Assembly: GCA_036677065.1 (NCBI GenBank)
Contig: JAKFBS010000004.1
Coordinates: 608,001-672,000, forward strand
Origin: Bdellovibrio sp.
Lineage (GTDB): Bacteria > Bdellovibrionota > Bdellovibrionia > Bdellovibrionales > Bdellovibrionaceae
Length of the DNA: 64,000 nucleotides
Direction: 5' to 3'
Numbering within the stretch: position 1 is the stretch's first letter; each line of letters starts with the position of its first letter. Below are positions 9,952 to 19,493 of this stretch, piece by piece. The position numbers and the translations under genes are program-made. The notes under the pieces are model-generated. The model was not told the DNA's origin. It searched no databases and was given only the letters and a program-made list of their open reading frames with translations.

Positions 9952-10946
9952 CAAGAATTATTGAATCGGGCCAATTTGAAGCCGAAACAAAATGGGAAAA
10001 CAAACTTCGTCCGCAAAAGTTCGAAGAATTTCCGGGCCAAGATGAAGTTAAAGAAAAACTTAAAGTGTTTTTGCAGGCGGCCAAAAACCGTCAAGAGCCT
10101 TTAGATCACACGTTATTATTTGGCCCTCCGGGATTAGGTAAAACTACTTTAGCGCAAATTATCGCGCATGAATTAGACGTAGAAATTAAAATCACTTCAG
10201 CTCCGGCGATTGATAAAAAAGGTGATTTAGCAGCCATTTTAACAAGTTTAAAACCGTTTTCGATTTTATTTATTGATGAGATTCACAGGCTTCACACTTC
10301 GATTGAAGAGTATTTATATACGGCAATGGAAGACTATTACATTGATATCGTGACCGGCGAAGGCCTGGGTGCTATGTCGATGAAATTTCAATTAGCCCCA
10401 TTTACTTTAATCGGTGCAACGACACGGGCAGGGTTGTTAGATAATCCATTTCGCGATCGCTTCGGTATTCAAGAGCGTTTACAGTTTTATGATAAAGGCT
10501 CGTTACAGCAAATTCTAATCAGATCTGCTAAATTACTAGAATTAGAAATGGAACCTAACGGCGCTGAAGAAATCGCTCGTCGTGCGCGCGGAACTCCGCG
10601 TGTAGCCAATCGGTTACTAAAACGTGTGCGTGATTATGCGCAGGTTAAAGGTAATGGTGTGGTTACAGAAAAAATCGCTTTATATGCTCTTGATCAATTA
10701 GGGGTCGATAAGCATGGCTTAGACGATATGGATCGTCGTATTTTAAAATTAATGGCCGAAAAATATGAAGGCGGCCCCGTGGGAATTGAAACCATGGCAG
10801 CAGCTTTGGGTGAAGACCGCGAAACGTTAGAAGAAGTTTACGAGCCTTTCTTGATTCAAGAAGGTTTAATTCAAAAAACGCCACGCGGAAGAACATTGAC
10901 CCAGTATGCAAAGGACTTAGATGTTTTTTCAAAAAACAATTCGTAA
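9948..10946 (+). CDS. ruvB: Holliday junction ATP-dependent helicase RuvB
   Basis: LRPQKFEEF, Walker A GPPGLGKTT, FIDEIHRL, GATTRAG and RGTPRVANRLL. Confidence 0.98.
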   Translation: MTRIIESGQFEAETKWENKLRPQKFEEFPGQDEVKEKLKVFLQAAKNRQEPLDHTLLFGPPGLGKTTLAQIIAHELDVEIKITSAPAIDKKGDLAAILTSLKPFSILFIDEIHRLHTSIEEYLYTAMEDYYIDIVTGEGLGAMSMKFQLAPFTLIGATTRAGLLDNPFRDRFGIQERLQFYDKGSLQQILIRSAKLLELEMEPNGAEEIARRARGTPRVANRLLKRVRDYAQVKGNGVVTEKIALYALDQLGVDKHGLDDMDRRILKLMAEKYEGGPVGIETMAAALGEDRETLEEVYEPFLIQEGLIQKTPRGRTLTQYAKDLDVFSKNNS

Positions 10947-11826
10947 AACAGTAGAAGTAAAAGGTGTTGGTATTCACTCAGGCGAACCGTGCACTTTGCG
11001 TTTTAAACCAGCTCCGGCAAACACGGGTGTATATTTCATTCGCGCCGATTTGCCGGGAAAACCATTTTTAAAAGTATCCGCAACAAATGTACAAGCGGTC
11101 AGTTACCAAACCGTTGTTGGCGGTGATATGTTTAAGGTGGCAACGATTGAACACTGTGTTTCATCGTTATCAGCTTTAAGAATTGATAATATTTATATTG
11201 AATTAGACGGCCCAGAAATTCCGATCTGTGACGGCAGTTCGATTTATTTCACACAAGCTTTAATGAACGCAGAACTTATCGAATTAGATGAGCCCAGAAA
11301 ATACTGTTATATCACTGAACCGATCAGTTATTCTGAAGGCGACAAACATGCCTACGTGCTTCCATATTATGGATTACGTATTGCTGTGACTATTGATTTT
11401 CCACACCCTGTCATTGGTAAAGAGACAATTGATCTAGAAATCACCGAGCAATCTTTTGCCCGTGAAATTGCGCCCGCAAGAACTTTCGGCTTTTTAAAAG
11501 ATGTTGAGCAATTAAAAGCTTCTGGTTTAGCCAAAGGGGGCTCATTAGATAATTGCATCGTCTTAGATGATACTAAAGTGATTAACCCAGACGGTTTACG
11601 TTACAAAGATGAATTCGTTCGCCATAAAGTCTTAGATGCCTTAGGCGATTTAGTGACTTTAGAAATGCCATTGATGGGCCATTTAATTTTACACAAAGCC
11701 GGTCATGATATTATGAACAAATTAGTTCGTAAAATCGTATCACAGCCGCAAAGCTATCGTTTTGTTGAATTAGGCGCCGATGTCTCAAGTGAAATGAAAA
11801 AATTTGCACAGTGGAGTGTAGGCTAA
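10921..11826 (+). CDS. lpxC: UDP-3-O-acyl-N-acetylglucosamine deacetylase
   Basis: TIEHCVS, EIPICDGSS, EIAPARTFGF and the zinc motif RHKVLDALGDL; overlaps the ruvB end by 26 bp. Confidence 0.97.
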   Translation: MFFQKTIRKTVEVKGVGIHSGEPCTLRFKPAPANTGVYFIRADLPGKPFLKVSATNVQAVSYQTVVGGDMFKVATIEHCVSSLSALRIDNIYIELDGPEIPICDGSSIYFTQALMNAELIELDEPRKYCYITEPISYSEGDKHAYVLPYYGLRIAVTIDFPHPVIGKETIDLEITEQSFAREIAPARTFGFLKDVEQLKASGLAKGGSLDNCIVLDDTKVINPDGLRYKDEFVRHKVLDALGDLVTLEMPLMGHLILHKAGHDIMNKLVRKIVSQPQSYRFVELGADVSSEMKKFAQWSVG

Positions 11827-11830
11827 AAAC

Positions 11831-12265
11831 ATGGGGACGAAGTTATCTCCGGCAGCTGATGTTTTTGTTTTAAATTCAGAAAATAAAGTTTTATTAGTGA
11901 AAAGAACCGATAACGGTTTTTGGTGTTTGCCTGGCGGTAAGCAAGACCTTGGCGAAACACCGGCAGAATGCGCCGTTCGCGAATGTTTTGAAGAATCAGG
12001 TTATAAAGTAAAAATCACCGGCTTATTAGGCGTTTACAGTTCGCAATGTTACGAATACAAAAACTACCCCTGGAAAGACAACGAATTCTGCCATGTCTGT
12101 TATCGCGGCGAAGTGATCGGCGGCGAACCGACATTATCACATGAAACCAGCGAAATCGGCTGGTTTGCAGAAAACGAAATTCCCCCTTTATCAGACGGCC
12201 ACGACGTGCGCATTGAATTAGGTTTCAAAATGCGTAATCAAACTTTAAACGGCCATTTCGAATAA
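11831..12265 (+). CDS. NUDIX hydrolase
   Basis: Nudix box GGKQDLGETPAECAVRECFEESG. Confidence 0.92.
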   Translation: MGTKLSPAADVFVLNSENKVLLVKRTDNGFWCLPGGKQDLGETPAECAVRECFEESGYKVKITGLLGVYSSQCYEYKNYPWKDNEFCHVCYRGEVIGGEPTLSHETSEIGWFAENEIPPLSDGHDVRIELGFKMRNQTLNGHFE

Positions 12266-12285
12266 AATAAATGCTTATAAAACGG

Positions 12286-12328
12286 CGCTCAGGGTTTCAG
12301 TCAACATTGTTGACCTAAACCCCGAGCG
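12286..12328. repeat. 43-bp imperfect palindrome, REP-like element, copy A
   Basis: CGCTCAGGGTTTCAGTCAACA-T-TGTTGACCTAAACCCCGAGCG; 41/43 identical to the reverse complement of 23664-23706. Confidence 0.85.
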
Positions 12329-12390
12329 AAAAAAAATGACACATTATTATTCACTTGTGGAAAGGTTTTAAATCTTTAAAACTGCTCGGC

Positions 12391-12801
12391 ATGGCTTTTA
12401 AGAAAGTGAATGAAAATACGCCGTTTACCAAAGCGGTGATTAAGATGGTCAAAAGAATTCCGAAAGGAAAAGTGGCTAGCTACGGGCAGATCGCAAAGAT
12501 TTCTGGTAATGCCGGTGGTTCACGCGGTGTAGCTTGGATTTTACATGCTTGTTCGAAAAAGTATAAACTGCCATGGCACCGGGTGATTAATTCGCAAGGT
12601 AAGATTTCTTTTGATAAAACCACCAAAGAATTTAGAAATCAGAAAAACTTGTTAGTTAAAGAAGGCGTGATTTTTTCTGATAGCAGTGTCGTGAATTTTA
12701 AAAAATTTCAGTGGAGCAAAAAAAATGCTCCGAAAAGAAAAATTTCTGCGGCTATTTCTGGTGAAGTGCCAGCAAAAAAACAGCCAAAAATGTTTGGTTA
12801 A
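12391..12801 (+). CDS. Alkyltransferase-like (ATL/MGMT family) DNA-binding protein
   Basis: IPKGKVASYGQIA and PWHRVINSQG; Trp replaces the catalytic Cys of PCHR, as in ATL proteins. The ATG at 12391 is preferred to the TTG at 12355. Confidence 0.88.
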   Translation: MAFKKVNENTPFTKAVIKMVKRIPKGKVASYGQIAKISGNAGGSRGVAWILHACSKKYKLPWHRVINSQGKISFDKTTKEFRNQKNLLVKEGVIFSDSSVVNFKKFQWSKKNAPKRKISAAISGEVPAKKQPKMFG

Positions 12802-12815
12802 TTTAAGGATTATTT

Positions 12816-13154
12816 ATGAAATATAAAATGTATGGCATTCCTAATTGTGACACGGTTAAAAAAGCGCGCATGGCTTTAGAGAAAAAGAAAATTGCTTATG
12901 ACTTTGTTGATTTTAAAAAGACTCCGCCGACGGCCGAAGATTTAAAACGTTGGGGAAAAGTTTTTGGTGAGCTTCCGGCAAATAAAAAAGGGCCCACATT
13001 TCGTAAAATTAAAGAGCTGTTTGATAAGGCTTCACCCAAGCAACAATTGGATTTATTGCTGGAAAATACCTCGGCCATTAAACGGCCTATCTTAGAATCG
13101 GGAGCTAAAGTGTTATGCTTTGGTTACGATGAAGACCTCTATAAGAAGCTATAA
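12816..13154 (+). CDS. ArsC/Spx (YffB-like) family protein
   Basis: MYGIPNCDTVKKAR and AIKRPILE motifs. Confidence 0.9.
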   Translation: MKYKMYGIPNCDTVKKARMALEKKKIAYDFVDFKKTPPTAEDLKRWGKVFGELPANKKGPTFRKIKELFDKASPKQQLDLLLENTSAIKRPILESGAKVLCFGYDEDLYKKL

Positions 13155-13340
13155 CTCGTATAGCTAATCTATTGCATTTTCCTGCGTGAAAAATGTGCAC
13201 GAACCTATGGTAAATAGGACATGTGCCTTTGGCTCAGGACCGCCAAAAATTAGATTAATTGCCCTTTTTGAGAGGCGCTGGTAGCTTCGTGGTCTCTCAA
13301 AATTTAACCACGCAAACGCCTTGGGTGTGAGCGGGAAAAA

Positions 13341-13359
13341 GTCGCGTCGCTGACGCGCA
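13341..13359 (+). promoter_or_regulatory. Triloop hairpin directly 5' of the ald SD
   Basis: CGCGTC-GCT-GACGCG followed by CAGGAG; 16/19 identical to 21454-21472. Confidence 0.5.
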
Positions 13360-13369
13360 GGAGTACAGT

Positions 13370-14476
13370 ATGATTATCGGAGTTCCAAAAGAAATTAAAA
13401 TCAGTGAAAACCGCGTTGGTATGACTGAAGCGGGTGCTAAACAGTTCACTAAAGAGGGTCACAAAGTGATCATCGAAAAAGATGCTGGTGTTGGCAGCGG
13501 TATTACGAATGAGCAATACGAAAAAGCTGGCGCAACTATCATCGATACTAAAAAAGAAGTTTACGCTAAAGCTGATATGATCATGAAAGTGAAAGAACCA
13601 CTTCCGGCTGAATATGAATTAATGCGTGAAAACCAAATCATGTACACATACCTTCACTTAGCTGCTGAACCTGAATTAACTAAAGTATTATGTCAGAAAA
13701 AAGTTAAAGCTATCGCTTACGAAACTATCCAATTAGAAAACGGTTCTTTACCATTATTAACTCCGATGTCTGAAGTGGCTGGCCGCATGGCGACTCAGGT
13801 TGGTGCTTTCTACTTACAAAAAGATCACGGCGGCAAAGGTATTTTATTAGGTGGTGTAACAGGAGTTATGCCAGGTAAAGTAACTATCATCGGTGGTGGT
13901 GTTGTAGGAACTAACGCAGCTAAAATGGCTGTTGGTTTAGGCGCACAGGTAACTATCTTAGACGTATCAACGGCTCGTTTAGAGTACTTAGATGATATTT
14001 TTCAAGGTCGCGCACAAACTTTATTCTCTAATGCTAAAAATATCGAAGAAGCAGTTCTTGATTCTGACTTAGTTGTTGGTGGCGTTCTTATCACTGGTCA
14101 CAAAGCTCCGACATTAGTTACTAAAGACATGATCTCAGGAATGAGAAAAGGTTCTGTAGTTGTAGACGTTGCCGTTGACCAAGGTGGTTGTATCGAGACT
14201 TGCCGTCCAACTTCACACACGACTCCTACGTACGAAGTTGATGGCGTAATCCATTACTGTGTACCTAATATGCCAGGTGTTGTGCCTCGTACATCAACTT
14301 ACGCTTTAACTAACGTAACGTTAAAATACGGTTCAATGATCGCTGCTATGGGTGTTGAAGATGCTATCGCTAAAAACAAGCCTTTAATGAAAGGTTTAAA
14401 TGTTTACGGCGGCTACGTATGTTACGAGCCAGTAGCTAAAGATTTAGGTATGGAATACCGTCCGTACAAAATCTAG
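13370..14476 (+). CDS. ald: Alanine dehydrogenase
   Basis: [38 protein letters not shown] and VPNMPG motifs; AGGAG SD. Confidence 0.97.
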   Translation: MIIGVPKEIKISENRVGMTEAGAKQFTKEGHKVIIEKDAGVGSGITNEQYEKAGATIIDTKKEVYAKADMIMKVKEPLPAEYELMRENQIMYTYLHLAAEPELTKVLCQKKVKAIAYETIQLENGSLPLLTPMSEVAGRMATQVGAFYLQKDHGGKGILLGGVTGVMPGKVTIIGGGVVGTNAAKMAVGLGAQVTILDVSTARLEYLDDIFQGRAQTLFSNAKNIEEAVLDSDLVVGGVLITGHKAPTLVTKDMISGMRKGSVVVDVAVDQGGCIETCRPTSHTTPTYEVDGVIHYCVPNMPGVVPRTSTYALTNVTLKYGSMIAAMGVEDAIAKNKPLMKGLNVYGGYVCYEPVAKDLGMEYRPYKI

Positions 14477-14491
14477 TGAGCTAAGAATTAG

Positions 14492-15220
14492 CTAGTAGAT
14501 AATCGCCGTGTTGCCCCAGTCTTCAGTTTTGATCAGGGGCACGCGATGATGTTTCAATCGTTTTAAAACCTCTTCATGGGGATGATTAAATTTGGCCATG
14601 CGTGATTGCACGATGGCCATTTTTATTTGTGGCAGGCCCTTTAAGAGTAAATCGCTCGTGCTGGTGCGGCTGCCGTGATGGCCTAACAGTAAATAATCAA
14701 TTTTGTGTGTTTTAAGCCGATTAACCCAGGTTTTTTCCATCTTCTTAGACGAATCGCCGGGGATTAAAATGTTTTTGTATCTGTACACAAAAGAGCTATC
14801 GTTCTTATTTGAAAAATCACTGGGCTTAAAGACACGCTCTTGGTGTAAGTCATTCGACTTTGCACATAAGGCAATCTTGCGGGTTAAACGCTTTGCGGGA
14901 ATCGACGTGTGATCAAGCTCACTCCAGCAGATTTTCGGAATATATTTAACCAGCATCGAATAATAAGCGTAATGATCTAAATCTGGATGCGATAATCTTA
15001 AAGTGTTTTGTTTGTTTTTGCAGAGCTTTAAAAATAAATTCTGATTTTTTCTCCAGGGGCCGAGTTCGCCGCCAAAATCAAAGTGCCTGCATTCATCAGG
15101 CGTGACGGCAGTGATCCATTGCCCTTGGCCAACGTTCCAGAAAATCACGTATAAATACGATGATTTATTTGCACATAAAGTCGAATGCAGAAATAGCCAA
15201 AAAAATATTAGTTTAGACAT
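14492..15220 (-). CDS. ComEC C-terminal metallo-beta-lactamase-fold domain as a separate ORF
   Basis: FWNVGQG, LSHPDLDHY, LIPGD, GHHGSRTST and FNHPHEEVL motifs. Confidence 0.88.
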   Translation of the reverse strand: MSKLIFFWLFLHSTLCANKSSYLYVIFWNVGQGQWITAVTPDECRHFDFGGELGPWRKNQNLFLKLCKNKQNTLRLSHPDLDHYAYYSMLVKYIPKICWSELDHTSIPAKRLTRKIALCAKSNDLHQERVFKPSDFSNKNDSSFVYRYKNILIPGDSSKKMEKTWVNRLKTHKIDYLLLGHHGSRTSTSDLLLKGLPQIKMAIVQSRMAKFNHPHEEVLKRLKHHRVPLIKTEDWGNTAIIY

Positions 15221-16104
15221 GTCACTGGCTTTCTTGCGAAATAATTTAAAAATAAGTGAAGCGCGATAATTAACACCCAGTTGATAAAAATCATTTTTTC
15301 GCTATCGTAAGGGCGAAAAATCACGGTGAGTTCAAGTTTAGATAAAATCATATTCAAACTAACTATTAAAAAATCGAATATTGAACCTAAAAATGGAAAT
15401 AGAAATACAGCTAAAGCGAGCGGAAATAAAACGTACTCTAAAAATTTAGTGAAAACGGTGGATACTCCGATTGATGCTGGTTGTGGAATTCCGATGAAAT
15501 TAAATGTCGCCAGATATTGAAAATAGAAAATAGAATTTTTAAAAAATGAATTCGCTTTGGCGAAAAAATAACTGATCACACTTAAAGTCAAAGCTGCAAT
15601 CCAGCTCATTTGCAGCGATAAAGAATTGATCCACGCTGGCGAAAGAATTAAACAAATTAAACCCGACACTAAAACCAGGTTTTCGGTTTTCCATTTTAAA
15701 TTTATTTTTTCAATAACTGCTAAAATGAGCAGCGCTATAAAACTGCGCATGATAGGTGGATTGAAATTGCAAACGCCACAGTACAAAAATAAGAGCGAAA
15801 ATGTAGCTACTTTGTTACATAATAAATATAAAATTATTTTTCGCAAAATCATGAGGTGAGATGCCGACACAACAAATAAATGAATTAACCCCGACGCGAT
15901 TAATAAATTCGACTGCGCAGGGTCAGAAAAGTTTTTTCCGCACACTAAAGCTTGTAAGGATTCAAAAGATCTTACATGGTCGGACGCTGCTTCAACACAA
16001 GCTGAATGGAGTTGTGAACAAAATCCGATCAAAAAATCAATAACCGAAAAGCGGATGGTGTGTGATATTAACACTATGTAGATTAAAATATAGACGAAGT
16101 TCAT
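15208..16104 (-). CDS. comEC: ComEC/Rec2 competence membrane domain
   Basis: GLIHLFVVSASHL, NPPIMRS and LSLQMSW motifs; multiple TM helices. Confidence 0.88.
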   Translation of the reverse strand: MNFVYILIYIVLISHTIRFSVIDFLIGFCSQLHSACVEAASDHVRSFESLQALVCGKNFSDPAQSNLLIASGLIHLFVVSASHLMILRKIILYLLCNKVATFSLLFLYCGVCNFNPPIMRSFIALLILAVIEKINLKWKTENLVLVSGLICLILSPAWINSLSLQMSWIAALTLSVISYFFAKANSFFKNSIFYFQYLATFNFIGIPQPASIGVSTVFTKFLEYVLFPLALAVFLFPFLGSIFDFLIVSLNMILSKLELTVIFRPYDSEKMIFINWVLIIALHLFLNYFARKPVTCLN

Positions 16105-16289
16105 GCGTTCTATGCAATTGCAAAGCGCACAAATTTAAGATTTCTGAAAAATTTTTTAAGATTTATTGGCTTTTTTAGAAATGATTAATTTAATCAAATA
16201 CTTAACTGAGGTTGAATTATAAGCAAATCGCTGAAAACACTGATAATCAACGGGTCCAAAGTCCAGAAACATGAGTTAATAACATTTTA

Positions 16290-16298
16290 TGTGGATAA
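16290..16298 (-). promoter_or_regulatory. Perfect DnaA box (TTATCCACA)
   Basis: TGTGGATAA on the + strand, immediately followed by a degenerate copy GTCGGATAA (16299-16307), in the divergent promoter region. Confidence 0.45.
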
Positions 16299-16357
16299 GT
16301 CGGATAACTTTATTGAATTAGGTTCAAGAGTTGAGTTTAATTATATCAGGGGGCGAC

Positions 16358-16798
16358 ATGAGATTTTCACTTCTTATCACTTTACTATTTTTTTCATTTT
16401 TTAGCTGCCAGTCAATGAGCAGGAATTCTAAGTCAACAATTTCGGCGCCTAAAAAAACTGTGTCTACTAAATCGCCAGCGACAAAAGTTGCAACAAAAGT
16501 AGATACAGTTAAGCAACCTGCTGTAAATCCGGCGTTGGGGCAAAAAAGTATTTACGAAGAGTTAACTGGTAAAAAAGGCGTGTCTGCGAAACAAGCACCA
16601 ACTCGTATTTTAGAAATGGCACGTGATGCGAAATGGAAACGTGATTACGTTACCGCGCTTAAAAGATACAACACGATTATAGTTAAATATCCAAAATCAA
16701 AAGAAGTGCGCCAAGCTTATTTAGATAAAGCAGCCTTGTACCGCGAGATGGGCTTATTGCAACAATCTAAATACAATATGGAGAAGGCTAAAAAATAA
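16358..16798 (+). CDS. Predicted lipoprotein with C-terminal TPR (BamD/CpoB-like repeat)
   Basis: ATG at 16358 after a GGGGG SD; lipobox-like FFS-C; TPR segment DYVTALKRYNTIIVKYPKSKEVRQAYL. Confidence 0.7.
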   Translation: MRFSLLITLLFFSFFSCQSMSRNSKSTISAPKKTVSTKSPATKVATKVDTVKQPAVNPALGQKSIYEELTGKKGVSAKQAPTRILEMARDAKWKRDYVTALKRYNTIIVKYPKSKEVRQAYLDKAALYREMGLLQQSKYNMEKAKK

Positions 16799-18357
16799 TG
16801 ATTTGTCGCTTTAGAAAAAGCATCTTTGTAACGGCAGCAGCAATCAGTTTTATTTTTCTTCCAGCCTTGAGCCAGGAAGATCCTGCTGCGCCATCTACGC
16901 CTCCTGCTGCTCCAACAGGTCAAGAGATGCCGGCAAGCCGTCCTAAATATGATATCGAATTAAATAAAGACAGTAGTTCGTTTGTTCCGGATCCAGATTC
17001 GTTAGATCCATTGCCATTAAAAAAAGAATCGTTAAAAGAAGACGATGAACCTGTATTAGATGACATCAAATCGATTCTTAAAACTAAAGCTAAGAAGCCA
17101 AAAGCAGGTGCTGCCAAACCTGGCGATGGTGCGACTGCGGCTCCGGTAAAAAAAGCTAAGAAAAAAGTCGCACGCAAAGCTAAAAAATCTGCGCCGGTTG
17201 TTGATACTTCGAACTTATCGCCAGATGATCCAGATTTGGCTTTAGAGCAAAAATTTAACGATATCTATAATAAGTATAACATCAATCCAACTTCTGACGA
17301 TGTTTGGGGAGCTGCTTCAAGCAAAGCCGCTCAAGTGTACGATGTGCAAAAAGGGGATACGTTATTTACGATCAGCCGTACCCTGTTTGGTGATCCGCAA
17401 TTTTGGCCAAAAATCTGGGCCTTAAACAATGGCGGCATTACAAATCCACATAACATTGCACCCGGAACTAAAATTTATTTCTATCCTGGTGATGGCGGAG
17501 CAGCGCCTTCGATGTCAGTGGGAAGTGAGTCTCCTGAACGTGCGGCATGGGTTGATCCCGATGCGCCAGTTATTCGTGATACGACAACGAAACAAAACAC
17601 CGAATTTAATAAATTAGTTCAAGAAGGTGTTAAGGGTAAAACTGATGTGCAAAATATTCCGCCGAGTTTTCCGCCTTTTTCAGTGAGTGCGAAATATTTT
17701 GCTGCGGCGAAGTCGACAAAATTTTTAATTACTCCAGCCGCTGAAATCGTAGATCGTGATCCGGAAAATCCATTTATTTTGACCTCGTCGATAATCACGA
17801 CTGAATATAAGGTGATGGAAAAAAATGCGAACTCGTTAGTTTGTAAAGATAACCAGTATGTTCCTGCGGTTATTAAAATTGGCAAGAACGCAAAACCAGG
17901 CCGCTACAGTATGTTGGTGCAAGAGAGTTTTAACTTTGGTCAGCTAAAACGCACATACATTTATCGCATTATCGGCGAAGCGGATGTGGGAAGTGATGAA
18001 TCACTTCGTATTTCTCAGTGTATTAAGCCGGTTAATACGGATGTGCTGCTTGTGAGCAGCGAAGATCTTGCTGAAGTAAAACCGCCGAATGAGTTGATTC
18101 CAAATACACGCTCACAAATTATTGAAGGCGTTGAAGTGAATGCCCAACAGTATTATTATGCTCATCAATATGTGATTTTAAACATGAGCCAGTTGCCAGC
18201 GCTTGAAGGTGCTGATTTAAAAGTTTATTCGGCATCAGCTGGTGGCGTTGTCGGAGAAATTCGTATTTTAAAACGCACGGGCACCATGGCTATTGGTTAT
18301 GTGATGAATAACGATGACCTGGTTCAAGTGGGTGATCGCGTGATTATTCCGGAATAG
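16798..18357 (+). CDS. Secreted LysM-domain protein, TsaP-like
   Basis: Signal peptide, Pro/Lys-rich linker and LysM domain YDVQKGDTLFTISRTLFGDPQFWPKIWALN. It sits upstream of dprA, as tsaP-like genes commonly do. Confidence 0.8.
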   Translation: MICRFRKSIFVTAAAISFIFLPALSQEDPAAPSTPPAAPTGQEMPASRPKYDIELNKDSSSFVPDPDSLDPLPLKKESLKEDDEPVLDDIKSILKTKAKKPKAGAAKPGDGATAAPVKKAKKKVARKAKKSAPVVDTSNLSPDDPDLALEQKFNDIYNKYNINPTSDDVWGAASSKAAQVYDVQKGDTLFTISRTLFGDPQFWPKIWALNNGGITNPHNIAPGTKIYFYPGDGGAAPSMSVGSESPERAAWVDPDAPVIRDTTTKQNTEFNKLVQEGVKGKTDVQNIPPSFPPFSVSAKYFAAAKSTKFLITPAAEIVDRDPENPFILTSSIITTEYKVMEKNANSLVCKDNQYVPAVIKIGKNAKPGRYSMLVQESFNFGQLKRTYIYRIIGEADVGSDESLRISQCIKPVNTDVLLVSSEDLAEVKPPNELIPNTRSQIIEGVEVNAQQYYYAHQYVILNMSQLPALEGADLKVYSASAGGVVGEIRILKRTGTMAIGYVMNNDDLVQVGDRVIIPE

Positions 18358-18376
18358 ATATTGTATAAGTACGGTT

Positions 18377-19228
18377 ATGAAAAAAGCCGTACTGTTTAAA
18401 GCCCTGCAAAGACATTTAGGATTCCGCAATCCGGATTCTATCTTACAAATCACACCTGACATTATAAATAAACTGGCGCCGCAAGAATTGATCTTGGCTG
18501 AACGTTATTTGCTAAGTCTAAAAGACAAAGGCATTCAGTTTACTTATCCGGGCGATGTGCTTTATCCGGCAAGTTTTCATCAAATGTTAGAGCCGCCGTT
18601 ATTTTTAGAATACGTCGGTGAGCCCGTGTGGATGCATAAACAAATTCTAGCCATTGTGGGCGCACGAAAAATTCATCCCTTTACTGATCGTTGGCTGCGC
18701 TTTGAGATTCCTTTGTTTTTAGAAGCTAGGCCTGATATAGCCATCGCCAGTGGCGGCGCCATCGGTGTTGATCAGTGTGCGCATACGGTGGCGATTAAAT
18801 CAGATCGCCCGACGATCGTGGTTTTGCCGTGTGGTTTAGAGAATTTGTTTCCGAAAAATTTAAACACATTGAAAAAATTAGTTTTGCAAACGGGTGGATG
18901 TTTTTTATCTGAATTTGAGAGTGATCAGAGTGTGCGAAAACATCTTTTCTTTTTTCGAAACCGTTTAATTACCGCTTTAGCGCAAGTCACGATGGTGGCG
19001 CAGGCTGAAAAAAAGAGTGGAAGTTTTCTTACAGTTCATCATGCACTTCAGAATGGACGCACGATGGTGACGCTTCCCGCGCACCCGATGATGTTTGAGT
19101 TCTCGGGAAACCAGCATTTAATGCGTGAAGGGTGTTTTTATGTGCTTACAAACAAGGATTTGCTTAACTTTTGGGAAGCTGAATGTTGGTCTGGTCGGGG
19201 TTTGACACTAGATATAGACCGCATTTAG
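18377..19228 (+). CDS. dprA: DNA-processing protein DprA/Smf (compact form)
   Basis: LAIVGAR, SGGAIGVD, FFFRNRLI and AEKKSGSFLT motifs. Confidence 0.92.
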   Translation: MKKAVLFKALQRHLGFRNPDSILQITPDIINKLAPQELILAERYLLSLKDKGIQFTYPGDVLYPASFHQMLEPPLFLEYVGEPVWMHKQILAIVGARKIHPFTDRWLRFEIPLFLEARPDIAIASGGAIGVDQCAHTVAIKSDRPTIVVLPCGLENLFPKNLNTLKKLVLQTGGCFLSEFESDQSVRKHLFFFRNRLITALAQVTMVAQAEKKSGSFLTVHHALQNGRTMVTLPAHPMMFEFSGNQHLMREGCFYVLTNKDLLNFWEAECWSGRGLTLDIDRI

Positions 19229-19355
19229 TTAAATTGCTTGACCACTGCCACTAGGTCTAGTGATGGCAGTGACTAAGGTCAATATTCGTCAGAAAAGTGA
19301 AATAATCTAAAAAAACCTATTGAGAAAAAAAGAAAGATGCATCTAAAATAATAAT

Positions 19356-19470
19356 AAGGGAGGGGCGATGTGGTCATGGATGACCCTGGTTGTATGGATG
19401 CAGCTACATCGTTCCGTTTTTCTTAAAATTTAAAAATTACAAAGACGAAGTCACTCTTCGTCTTTTTTTT
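19356..19470 (+). ncRNA. Candidate small RNA with two AUGGAU-loop hairpins (CsrA/RsmA-sequestering type)
   Basis: Three-way junction at 19362-19415, sigma70-like TTGAGA-N18-TAAAAT upstream and an intrinsic terminator downstream. The 5' end is estimated from the promoter. Confidence 0.6.
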
Positions 19471-19471
19471 T
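19441..19471 (+). terminator. Rho-independent terminator
   Basis: AAAGACGAAG-TCACT-CTTCGTCTTT followed by a long T run; lies between convergent dprA and lptF. Confidence 0.9.
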
Positions 19472-19493
19472 GTCTTTTTTCTATTCGGGATGC

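Noticed and set aside
12286..12328. CRISPR repeat or simple intrinsic terminator
   Set aside because: The copies are isolated and many kb apart, with no spacers or cas genes. No U-tract directly follows the stem on the transcribed strand.
13155..13340. Riboswitch in the long ald leader (TTTTGAGAGGC...GTCTCTCAAAA stem)
   Set aside because: A stem is present, but I could not match any known riboswitch consensus. An Rfam search would be needed.
16105..16357. Replication origin
   Set aside because: Only one perfect and one degenerate DnaA box, and no dnaA, dnaN or gidA neighbourhood.
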